NCBI GenBank assembly: GCA_963663765.2
Contig: CAXXUA010000006.1
Location: 457,610-521,609, forward strand
Source of the DNA: Candidatus Poribacteria bacterium
GTDB taxonomy: Bacteria > Poribacteria > WGA-4E > WGA-3G
Direction of reading: 5' to 3'
Length of the DNA stretch: 64,000 nt
The translations under genes and the position numbers were made by a program. Positions 53,490 to 62,862 of this stretch are shown piece after piece. The notes below the pieces were generated by a model. It was not told the DNA's origin. It worked only from the letters and a program-made list of their open reading frames with translations, and did not search any database. How positions within the stretch are numbered: position 1 is the first letter of the stretch; every line of letters starts with the position of its first letter.

Positions 53490-54202
53490 TACGTAGTGTT
53501 TACATTTTTTCGCAGTAATGAGTATGGCTGCGAAATACACGAAACCGAGGTAGCGACGGGCGTATTTATCATAACTTGTAGCCACCCGACGATACTGCTT
53601 CAACCGATGAAAAAAACGTTCAATAACATTACGAAGTTTATACAAGTCTTTATCATAAGGGCGATCTTCAAGACGGTTCTTGCGGGGACGGGTCACCGGA
53701 ACACTTCCTTGATCGCCGCATGGAGTTTCGTGGTAAAGCCACCATGACTTCGACCGAGGGCTTCATCGGCTTGTCCTTCATTTTTTTAGGGGCACCCGCT
53801 GCAGATGAATGCGCCCGAACGATCGTTGAATCAACGAGGAACGCAGAGATTCACCGGCATCATGGAAATATTCATGGAGTTTTTCAAAGACTCCGGCATC
53901 ACACCATCTGCCGAAACGTCTTTAGATAGTATTCCAATAACCATAAACTTTCGGCAGCACACGCCAAGTGGCTCCCTGTTTTGTTATCCAGACGATTGCT
54001 GAGAGAAAACGTCTACAGTCTTCGGGTTTACCGACATAAACGTTTCGTAACGTTTTCAGAAACGGGTGGATGCTCTGCCAAGCAGCATCACTAATCATAA
54101 TAGGAAAATCTTGAGTGTTATCTATGTTTTGAGTTTTCATGGAAAATAGTCTACCAATCCATGCTCAAAATGTCAATAACTTCTAAATGTAAACACTACG
54201 TA
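53490..54202 (-). mobile_element. Internally deleted IS5-family element (transposase pseudogene)
   Basis: IR tacgtagtgtttacattt / aaatgtaaacactacgta. Fragments ISDAAWQSI...GATWRVLP..YGYWNTI*RRFGRW, VDSTIVRAH, LGRSHGGFTTKLH and RNVIERFFHRLKQYRRVAT.YDK. Confidence 0.88.
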
Positions 54203-54254
54203 ATCATTTTGCCTTTGTTTATCTAATCTTAACTTGTAATACGGAGATTATAAA

Positions 54255-56465
54255 ATGAAAATAAAAACAACAACTTCGCTACTAATCTTTTCTATCTTAG
54301 CAACACTCAGTCTGTCAAACGGTTTTGCCCAATATGCACCTCACATGCAAGTGGGTTTACCCGAAGGGGCAATAGCTCGCCTTGGAACAGGACCTTTCAA
54401 TGATTTCAGACCTACCTTTGCATATTCGCCTAATGCGAAAAATCCGCAATTGGCTGTTCCGGGTTTAATTGGGATCTGGCTCTACGATGCTGAGACATTA
54501 CAGGCACGCGACTTGCTTTCAAAACCCTATCCTAATGTTGTGAGTATGAATTACAGTCCCGATGGGAACACTCTCGTAACTGGGTATTACGATGGAAACA
54601 TAGATTTGTGGGATGTCGCCACAGGAGAACTCCGCAAAACCATTACTCCACATCCGAGCATAGCCTATTGGGATGAATCAGCTGGTCATTGGCGACATAA
54701 CTTCTCCAGATTTCGCCGTTTTGCCACAAGCGTGAGTTTCAGTCCAGATGGTACCATCCTTGCTGCAGGTATCGACAATGGTACAATAGAATTTTGGAAT
54801 GCTACCACGGGAGAATTTCATAAAATCCTTGATGGCCATCATGAAACAATTGATAATCCTGCTGAAATGGGGGTAAGTTTCAGTAACGATGGTACTACAC
54901 TTGCTTCTACGAGTAAATATAGCGAAGTACATTTGTGGGATGTCGCCACAGGAAAACTCCGCAAAACTCTTGGAAGACAGAGTGGGGGAACAGAGAGCGT
55001 GAGTTTTAGTCCAGATGGTAACACGATGGCAACCTATAATAGTTATGGAACAATACATTTATGGAATGTTGCCACTTATGAACTGATTCAAACCTTTGAA
55101 AAACCCGTCGAGTTGATTGACCAAATAAATTTAAATGCTAACATCACTTTCAGCCCTGATGGTAGCACTATAGTTACATATTCTCACAATACAATCTCAC
55201 GTAAACGTGCACTATATCTATGGGATGTTCCCACAGGCACAATACGTGATATCCTCAATGGACCTTATTCTTGTGTCGAACACATGAGTTACAGCCCAGA
55301 TGGGAATACCCTCGCAGTTTTAACGAATCAAGGAGTTTTCATCTGGGATGTCATCAAGAGGGAAATTCGCGATCGGATCAAAGAAGAAATACTAAATCCT
55401 CACAGCGCAATCAGTCCTGATGGGGAGACACTTGCTACTGGACATCTTCTTTGGGATATTTCTATAGGTGCAATACGCAATTATTCTCTTGAAGGACATA
55501 TCGGTTTTATAAGAGACGTTTCATTCAGTCCGGATGGCAAAAGTCTTGCTATTGCTGTCTATAACTGGGTCTATTTGTGGGATGTCCCAACAGGAACACT
55601 TCGCAATATCTTTAAAGGGCATACCGATACCGTTATGAGTGTGGAATTCAGTCCCGATAGCAGCACAGTCGCTTCTGGGAGTGTCTATTTCCAGCCTGAT
55701 TATCTGTTAACGGAACCTGCTACTTCTACTCTGAACACAAATATGGAACAGAAGAAAAAAGGCGAATTGTTATTATGGGATGTCTCCACTGGACAACAGA
55801 AAAACAATTTTATGAAACATGTCGGGAATGTCTATAGCATAAGTTTTAACTTTGATAATAGCTACCTCGCTGTAGCGAGTGACAACAACGTATATTTGTT
55901 GGACGCTGTCACCGGTGAAACTTCTAAATTCTTCCCGAATCCCGGCAATGTCTATAGTGTAAGTTTCAGTCCCGATGGCAACTCCATTGCTACAGGGAGT
56001 GATGATAAGGTGCGTTTGTGGGATATCACCACAGGCACTATCCGCACATTTGACACAATCTTTAATGATCATACGCCAAATATCAGGAGCGTTAAATTTA
56101 GCCCTGATGGTAGGACACTCGCAGCAAGCATCTACAATACAGTTCATTTGTGGGATATCGCTACGAGTGACACCATCACCGTCTTCAAAGGACATGCAGC
56201 TGATGTTTACAGAGTTAATTTCAATGATGATGGTACCATCCTGGCATCTGGAAGTATTGATGGCACGTTACTTCTATGGGAAGTTAGAGTGTCAAAACAA
56301 CTCAAAGAGGATATCAATGATGATAGTGTTGTCAATATCCAGGACCTGGTTTTGGTTGCCGCACAGTTCGGGCAAACAGGGGACAATAAAGAGGATGTGA
56401 ATGGCGATGGCGTTGTCAATATCAAAGATCTCGTCTTGGTAGCCGCCGCATTTAGGAAAGATTAG
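54255..56465 (+). CDS. Secreted WD40-repeat protein with C-terminal dockerin-like pair
   Basis: LPEGAIARLG.G leader; many SVSFSPDG.TLA...LWDV.TG repeats; DINDDSVVNIQDLVLVA / DVNGDGVVNIKDLVLVA. Confidence 0.92.
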   Translation: MKIKTTTSLLIFSILATLSLSNGFAQYAPHMQVGLPEGAIARLGTGPFNDFRPTFAYSPNAKNPQLAVPGLIGIWLYDAETLQARDLLSKPYPNVVSMNYSPDGNTLVTGYYDGNIDLWDVATGELRKTITPHPSIAYWDESAGHWRHNFSRFRRFATSVSFSPDGTILAAGIDNGTIEFWNATTGEFHKILDGHHETIDNPAEMGVSFSNDGTTLASTSKYSEVHLWDVATGKLRKTLGRQSGGTESVSFSPDGNTMATYNSYGTIHLWNVATYELIQTFEKPVELIDQINLNANITFSPDGSTIVTYSHNTISRKRALYLWDVPTGTIRDILNGPYSCVEHMSYSPDGNTLAVLTNQGVFIWDVIKREIRDRIKEEILNPHSAISPDGETLATGHLLWDISIGAIRNYSLEGHIGFIRDVSFSPDGKSLAIAVYNWVYLWDVPTGTLRNIFKGHTDTVMSVEFSPDSSTVASGSVYFQPDYLLTEPATSTLNTNMEQKKKGELLLWDVSTGQQKNNFMKHVGNVYSISFNFDNSYLAVASDNNVYLLDAVTGETSKFFPNPGNVYSVSFSPDGNSIATGSDDKVRLWDITTGTIRTFDTIFNDHTPNIRSVKFSPDGRTLAASIYNTVHLWDIATSDTITVFKGHAADVYRVNFNDDGTILASGSIDGTLLLWEVRVSKQLKEDINDDSVVNIQDLVLVAAQFGQTGDNKEDVNGDGVVNIKDLVLVAAAFRKD

Positions 56466-56466
56466 T

Positions 56467-56667
56467 ATGAGAATTAATTTATTGTCCTGCACATTGTCTA
56501 TCGTACTTCTAACCCAGATAATTACAGTTGTCCAACCTAGTGCCGCACTCGCTCAACAGACCTCTGATAGTGTTCTTGCAGTGTTTGACGCACAACGAGA
56601 TGCTAAAGATGATGTGAATAATTCATTTTTGCATCATAGTGATATTAGCATTTTTGGTGACACTTAA
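56467..56667 (+). pseudogene. Probable truncated secreted protein (signal peptide plus DAQRDAKDD stub)
   Basis: Starts 1 bp after the WD40 stop; a signal peptide is followed by an early end. Confidence 0.45.
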
Positions 56668-56949
56668 ACTGCTACAATTGTTATTTCCATGGGGTTCTCC
56701 TTTTGTTTTATTTCTATAAAAACATTATAGAGTAAATCCCATGGATTTAAAAGTGTTTCATAGGTAGCAACTTAGGTTAAATACATTACAGTTGAAATAT
56801 TAATTGAAATTTAGTTTTCAATATGTCTTGATATAGAATAGGAGCCTAACCAAAAATGTTGGTTAGGCAGCATCTTAAGTTTATATAATTATTTCATTCA
56901 GTGTATGTATCAAAATTCACGTACATTGGAGCAATAAGGAGAATATAAA

Positions 56950-57765
56950 ATGCAAAAATGGTTTAAACTTCCACTCTTCATACTTTTCGTTATGCTTTTT
57001 TTCAGTTATGTTGCAGCAGCGAGTTTACAAGATGGTTTACTTGTCTATTGGTCATTTGATGAAGCGGATGGAACAACTGCTTCTGACGTGTTAGGAAATG
57101 GCAACGAAGCAACACTTACAGGTAGTGCCAGTTGGGAACCCAACGGTGGAAAAATTGGTGGTGCTTTGAAGCTTGATGGCAGCGCCGGTAGCTCCGCTGA
57201 AGATAGCAACGGGGCAAACTACATCAATGGACTTACTGCTTTTTCAGTCTCAGTCTGGGTAAAATCCGCAGCGGATAACTCCGATAGAGGCATTTTTCAC
57301 GGCATTGATCCTGATGGAGGAGATGTTGTATTTACGCTACGCTATGATTCCGCTGGTTTTACTGGAGGCGGTACAAACGTTATCAAAATAGGCATTAATA
57401 CAACCGGTGGTCCACAACAGTATGAAAGTGCAAGTGGGGTACAAACTACTGAATGGCAACACCTTATTATAACGTGGAGTAGTGGCAACCAATTCGCTCT
57501 CTACATCAATGGCGAACTTGATGAACCAACCGATAATTACGATGGCGTGGAAGGTGAAATCACCGATGCCACAAAATTCGTGATCGGAAAAGGTGGCAAA
57601 GATGCCAACGCCTCATGGAACGGTCTGATTGACGAACTCCATCTCTACAACAGGGTACTAGACGAAACAGAAATTACAAGCTTAGCATCCGGCATTAATG
57701 TCACCCCCGTTGAAGTGCGTGGCAAATTAGTAACTGTTTGGGGTAACCTAAAACATCTATGGTAA
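56950..57765 (+). CDS. Secreted LamG/concanavalin A-like domain protein
   Basis: LLVYWSFDE...GKIGGALKLDG...FSVSVWVK...WQHL..TW...LYING...GLIDELHLYNRVL; tail PVEVRGKLVTVWGNLK. Confidence 0.9.
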   Translation: MQKWFKLPLFILFVMLFFSYVAAASLQDGLLVYWSFDEADGTTASDVLGNGNEATLTGSASWEPNGGKIGGALKLDGSAGSSAEDSNGANYINGLTAFSVSVWVKSAADNSDRGIFHGIDPDGGDVVFTLRYDSAGFTGGGTNVIKIGINTTGGPQQYESASGVQTTEWQHLIITWSSGNQFALYINGELDEPTDNYDGVEGEITDATKFVIGKGGKDANASWNGLIDELHLYNRVLDETEITSLASGINVTPVEVRGKLVTVWGNLKHLW

Positions 57766-57875
57766 AACCGCTTATGGATAATAACACAGTAGGCGTACTT
57801 CGTAGTGCGTCTACTATGAAAAAACAAGATTAAACTAATTAATTTGTTTTTAGATTAGTTAGTTTGGAGGAAAAA

Positions 57876-58685
57876 ATGCGTAACCAACTATTGCTTATAG
57901 TATTTACTCTCATATTCACTGTGTATTTCAGTACATTTACAGGTGCAGGTATTAACGATGGTTTAATCGTTTACTATCCCTTTGATGAAACATCCGGCAC
58001 CTCAGCAACAGATGATAGTAAGAATGGAAACGATGCAGAACTCACTGGTACTGCTGCATGGGCAACTGACGAAGGAAAAATTGGTGGTGCTTTAAGACTT
58101 GATGGGTCAGCAAGTTCCGCAGAAGATGCAGATGGTGCAGACTATATCAACGGACTTGAGGAATTTTCCGTCTCTGTCTGGGTTAAATCTGATACTGCAC
58201 CGCACGACAGAGGTATATTCATCGCAAAGGATCCTGAGGGTGGTGATGATACATTTACTCTACGATACGATTCCGCTGGTTTTAAAAATACCGCAGCAGT
58301 AAGTCTGATAAAAGCAGGTTTTACAACCACAGGTGGCGGAATTCAGTATGAGAGTGCTGACAACACACAAACGACAGAATGGCAACATATAGCGATTACG
58401 TGGAGTAGTGGTGATCCTGTTATGTTATATATTGATGGAACACTCGATGAACCCCAATATAATCAAGATATAAGAAACGGATCCATTTCAAATGCAACTA
58501 AATTTATTGTTGGACAAGGTGGTAAGGATAACGGAGGAACCTCATGGACAGGTCTAATAGATGAACTCCGTATCTACGACAGGATCATAGATGCAAACGA
58601 AATTGACGAATTAGCATCTGGTGTCCTTCCCGTTGAACCAATTGGAAAGTTAGCAACCACTTGGGGAGACCTCAAGCAAGATTAA
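57876..58685 (+). CDS. Secreted LamG/concanavalin A-like domain protein (tandem paralogue)
   Basis: Same motifs; RBS ggagg before the ATG at 57876; tail PVEPIGKLATTWGDLK. Confidence 0.9.
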   Translation: MRNQLLLIVFTLIFTVYFSTFTGAGINDGLIVYYPFDETSGTSATDDSKNGNDAELTGTAAWATDEGKIGGALRLDGSASSAEDADGADYINGLEEFSVSVWVKSDTAPHDRGIFIAKDPEGGDDTFTLRYDSAGFKNTAAVSLIKAGFTTTGGGIQYESADNTQTTEWQHIAITWSSGDPVMLYIDGTLDEPQYNQDIRNGSISNATKFIVGQGGKDNGGTSWTGLIDELRIYDRIIDANEIDELASGVLPVEPIGKLATTWGDLKQD

Positions 58686-59030
58686 AGACTAATCTGTCCG
58701 ATTGGTATGAATAAAACACAAGGCGTGTGTCCTTCTGACCATTTACTTGGATGCACGCCTTATTTCTTATGAAACTGGAGAACGCATTCTAATGAGTAGT
58801 GATGTACACAACTCCAAAACACAATTAACGGAAGATAAGACAGAGTTAATTGAAAACATACTCGGTTGCAAAATTCAAGATGTAACTGAAACCGATGATG
58901 TTACCCAAGATAACTTATTTAATAATATTGGTTTATGCAAGGATGTCTTCACAACCTAAATAACTTCACTCTATGTCATTTAGGGGTATCATGTGGAGAA
59001 ACGCAAAATCTAAATACTAAGGAGAACAGC

Positions 59031-59774
59031 ATGAACAAATGGACTATCATAATATCGTTTTTACTGGTTTTACTATTTACTGCGATGTTTGCCTACACAC
59101 ATAGTGGGGGCCTTGACGAAAATGGCGGACACACTAACCATGCAACTGGAGAGTATCATTATCATTCGCAAATGGACGAAGATATTCCAGCAGTTTCTGA
59201 TGCCCCACCTGAAACTATTCCTCCAGCTATACCTTTTCCGGTTAAAGATTTCACTGAATACACCGCTTACAAAGTAATACGTATTGTTGATGGCGATACA
59301 GTTAGAATTGATATTGATGGCACAGATACAAGCGTAAGACTTATCGGTGTAGATACACCAGAAACGGTGCATCCGAACAAACCGGAAGAAAAATATGGTA
59401 AAGAAGCATCAATATTCATTCATAATCTTTTAAAAGGTGAATCTGTTTATTTAGATACTGATCCTCAGAACACAACAGATATATTTGGACGGAAGTTAGC
59501 ATATCTTTACCGTGCGCCTGATGGGTTGTTCGTGAATTGAGAGATCATACGTCAGGGATATGGATTAGTGTATACAGATTTTCCGTTTGAATATATTGAT
59601 TTATTTAGGCAATACGGTAAACGCGCACGTTTAACCAAGAAAGGTTTATGGTCAGAGCAGGATGTTATACCTAATCTAGGAGGAGAAATATCTAATCCAG
59701 CTGATGTAAACGGTGACGGTAAAGTTAACATTTTAGACCTTGTCACCGTCGCTAATGCATTTGCTAACAACTGA
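59031..59774 (+). pseudogene. YHYH + thermonuclease (SNase) + dockerin-like protein with in-frame TGA
   Basis: HSGGLDENGGH...EYHYH; VDGDTV, VRLIGVDTPE, FGRKLAYLY, FVN*EIIRQGYG (TGA at 59538-59540), KKGLW and ADVNGDGKVNILDLV. Confidence 0.85.
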
Positions 59775-59815
59775 TGAGTTGGACCGCGCACTTGGTGTTA
59801 ATTTTTCTTGAAAAG

Positions 59816-60036
59816 CTAGGGTATAGGGATGTAGCAATGATACGGCTTATGTCTGACTGCTTACTGTGGGTCTCTGAAATGGTCGCGGTAGATGTATCGG
59901 ATTTTGAAAAGCAACTCTGATAGTTCGAATATCCAAAACAGATCAAGAGGAAACGGCAACCGCGCTTTATGTGACAAATGAAACACGGGACATCATAGAA
60001 AGGTATAAAACGCTTGCGGGTATTACATCGGGGCAT
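59816..60036 (+). pseudogene. Decayed Cre-like tyrosine recombinase fragment
   Basis: RDVAMIRLMSDCLLWVSEMVAVDVSD (box I, with W at the expected catalytic R), then a frameshift to TLIVRISKTDQEE (SKTDQE at 59932-59949). Confidence 0.7.
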
Positions 60037-60219
60037 TATCTATTACAGCACGGATCTAAGAGAAATCAAAGTGAAAAGAAATACTATCGGTTAACATCAA
60101 TCAAAAGGAATGTCTTATGTAACAGGAGTTCTAAAACAAAAAGGTATTTTGTGAATCGCTACCAGAAGATCGCTCTTACAGTAGAAAACGTACTGGGAGG
60201 TTAGAGAAAAGTTGTGCTA

Positions 60220-60402
60220 TTATCTTTTCTTGCGTCGTCTACGTCTTCTCACTTTATCCCGTTTAGGGCGAGGTTGACTCTGGTTCTTTATAAGTGTATC
60301 TGAATGGGACTGTATCACTGTCATGTTCCCTGATTCGTCAATGTAATGGTCTTGTAAACCTGCGGATGCGAGGTTTTCCATTCCTTCCATATACTTGTCT
60401 TT
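60220..60402 (-). pseudogene. Orphan 3' end of a gene with an Arg/Lys-rich tail, cut at the IS630 end
   Basis: KDKYMEGMENLASAGLQDHYIDESG...RPKRDKVRRRRRRKKR*. Confidence 0.45.
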
Positions 60403-61636
60403 AGTGGTTGACTCGTCAAGAATTTATGATATAATTCTTCTATCTATCGGATCAAAAACTATTAGGTCAAAAAATGGAGAGGAGAATTTAGATGGGAAAA
60501 CGAATACATCATATTCGTGAGGTCAATGTGGAAGAAAACGCTGAATTGAGGAGACTTGCGAGTTCACGCACGCATCCGTTTCGGACGGTGCAGCGTGCGA
60601 AATTGATTGTTAGCATGCTTGATGACGAGACACTCACAGCTACCCAAGCCGCACAACAGGTAGGTTTCAAATCAAGCAACTCCGGTGCGTGTTGGGTCAA
60701 ACGCTTCAATGAAGATGGTATTCCGGGACTTTCCGATAAACCGAAAAGTGGTAAGCCACGCATCCATTCAGATGAGGTGCGGGGGCAACTGATAGATTTA
60801 GCGTTGCGAAAACCGCGCAGTCTCGGTTATCCATTTGAGTTGTGGACACTCGTCCGGTTGCAAACTGCATTTAAAGAAAGAACAGGTATTCATCTTTCTG
60901 ATTCAACAATCTGGGAGTGGCTGAAAGAAGAGGGATTGCGTTGGAAGCGTCAACAAAGTTGGTTTCGTGAAACGGAGAAGCAAGACGAAGAGTTTGTAGA
61001 AAAAAGGGGCCGTTATTGCGGCGTATCGTTCCCCGCCGCCTAAGACGCGTGTTATCTGTATTGATGAGATGGGACCGATAAGTGCTAAAACGTATCCGGG
61101 CGAAGTTTGGAAACGAGGTGTGGGTCGTGCGACCTTTGAACCGGACTATGGTCGTCGTGGTAAAGTGTGGGTTCATGGTGCGTTTGAACCTGCGACGGGT
61201 CAGGCGGAAATAGTGATTTCAGAGAGAAGAGATAGTGCAAGTCATATAGCATTGCTTGAGAAAATCATAGAGAAGTTTCCATCAGACAAGTGGCTTTTGA
61301 TTGAAGACAATCTTTCTACTCACCATAGTCGTGATGTAAAAACCGCATTATTGGCGTGGCCGAATGTAGGTGTCCAGTTTATTCCGAAATATGCATGTTG
61401 GTTAAACCTGATAGAACCTTGGTGGAACAACTCAGATCACTGTCATTGAAAGGGAGAAAGTTTGAGACACAAGATGAACTCATCGAATCCATTGAGAGCG
61501 CGGTGTGTTGGTGGAATGCCCATAAACACCCTTACCATTGGAAGAAAGACCCACAAGAGCAACCGAGATACAAGTTAGAACCCTATGGAACTTCAATTGA
61601 AGATATATCACAAATACTTAAAGAGTGAACCATTTA
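60402..61636 (+). mobile_element. IS630-family element; transposase in three frames (60492-61043, about 61000-61449, 61356-61628)
   Basis: HTH ([22 protein letters not shown]), AAAAAAGGGG slippery site, CIDEMGP, EDNLSTH and [14 protein letters not shown], with an extra frameshift near 61425; imperfect IRs tagtggttgactc / gagtgaaccatt. Confidence 0.88.
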
Positions 61637-61741
61637 GTTCCGTAGGAACGACATAGAAGGATAAACAAATCGTCCCTACGGGACTAAAAAGACGTGGGGA
61701 TATGTCTTTCTATAAACATATCGTCCCTACGGGACTGAAGA
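61637..61741. repeat. REP-like short palindromes (atcgtccctacgggact, 2 copies)
   Basis: Direct copies at about 61669 and 61720, preceded by an inverted variant gttccgtaggaacgac. Confidence 0.7.
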
Positions 61742-61772
61742 ATATGGTTAATATAAACAATACCTTCGCCAA

Positions 61773-61994
61773 TTATCCAGGATTAAGATTGGCTTGAGTG
61801 TTGTGAATAGCACCGATTGAACTCAGGCGTTCAGTGATTTGCTGAATAACAACTGGTTCAGGTTTTTGCGGAAGTATTATTAATATTTCGTGTATATATT
61901 TCAGACCTCGGTAGTGCGATTTAAGATCTAATACACTATATACGGGATTTTGACATCTGTATTTTTCCATGAGTTTTGCACTTACATTTATCAT
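61773..61994 (-). pseudogene. C-terminal fragment of a DDE transposase (IS4/IS701-like)
   Basis: SVLDLKSHYRGLKYIHEIL..LPQKPEP...IGAIH recalls a transposase C-terminus; recognised from memory only. Confidence 0.55.
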
Positions 61995-62060
61995 AAACGA
62001 CTTGTGCCAGTTAACCCATTGTTTTCAAAGTTATTACATATATTAGGTTTATAATGCATA

Positions 62061-62276
62061 CATATCGTCCCTACCAAATCAACGCCAAATGCGCCAAATC
62101 AACGGTATGAATGCCATTAAGGCATTCCCCGTATGGCATTTGTCGGGACTAAAGAGGATGTACTATGCCGTTTTTCTATAAACATATCGTCCCTACCAAA
62201 TCAACGCCAAATGAGCCAAATCAACGGTATGAATGCAATTAAGGCATTCCCCGTATGGCATTTGTCGGGACTGAAG
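62061..62276. repeat. 122-bp tandem duplication of a REP carrying a 70-bp insert
   Basis: catatcgtccctac[70 bp]gggact at 62061 and 62183. Confidence 0.8.
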
Positions 62277-62504
62277 ATCGTTTCAAACTATGAAGGACAC
62301 CTGCAAAACGCCATGCTTATGTGAAACAATGATTAACATATAGTTATTTAGCACAACTCGTATACTTTATACGATGTTATTTTGCCTGGTATTTTTTGTG
62401 CATGCTTTATTATTGGAATACTGTTCTTCTTACACGAAAACTAGTATAGGGTTATCCACCTGATACAACGTAAGATAACGTGAAGAACATCTGAAAATAC
62501 AAGG

Positions 62505-62862
62505 TTATACCGTTTTCATGTGATAATGTCTCATTAGCAGCGGAAATCTGGTAGGAGTGACCTCACGGTCGCGACCGGGAGGTCGCTCCTACCGAAGAGA
62601 GTAACCCCCTGCCAGTAAACAGTAGAATTCCTTAATGAGACAAGATTTATTTGAATTGGTATTATACCATTTTCATGTGATAATGTCTCATTAGCAGCGG
62701 AAATCTGGTAGGAGTGACCTCACGGTCGCGACCGGGAGGTCGCTCCTACCGAAGAGAGTAACCCCCTGCCAGTAAACAGTAGAATTCCTTAATGAGACAA
62801 GATTTATTTGAATTGGTATTATACCATTTTCATGTGATAATGTCTCATTAGCAGCGGAAATC
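62505..62862. repeat. 157-bp tandem array (2 copies plus a partial) of a MITE enclosing a GTAG REP
   Basis: Units at 62505, 62662 and 62819. Outer IR atacc...tgtctcatta / taatgagaca...ggtat; inner gtaggagtgacc...ggtcgctcctac. The third unit is interrupted by ISAs1. Confidence 0.88.

Noticed and set aside
59538-59540. Selenocysteine or genetic-code reassignment
   Set aside because: The position corresponds to a hydrophobic residue, not Cys, and TGA terminates other genes in the window.
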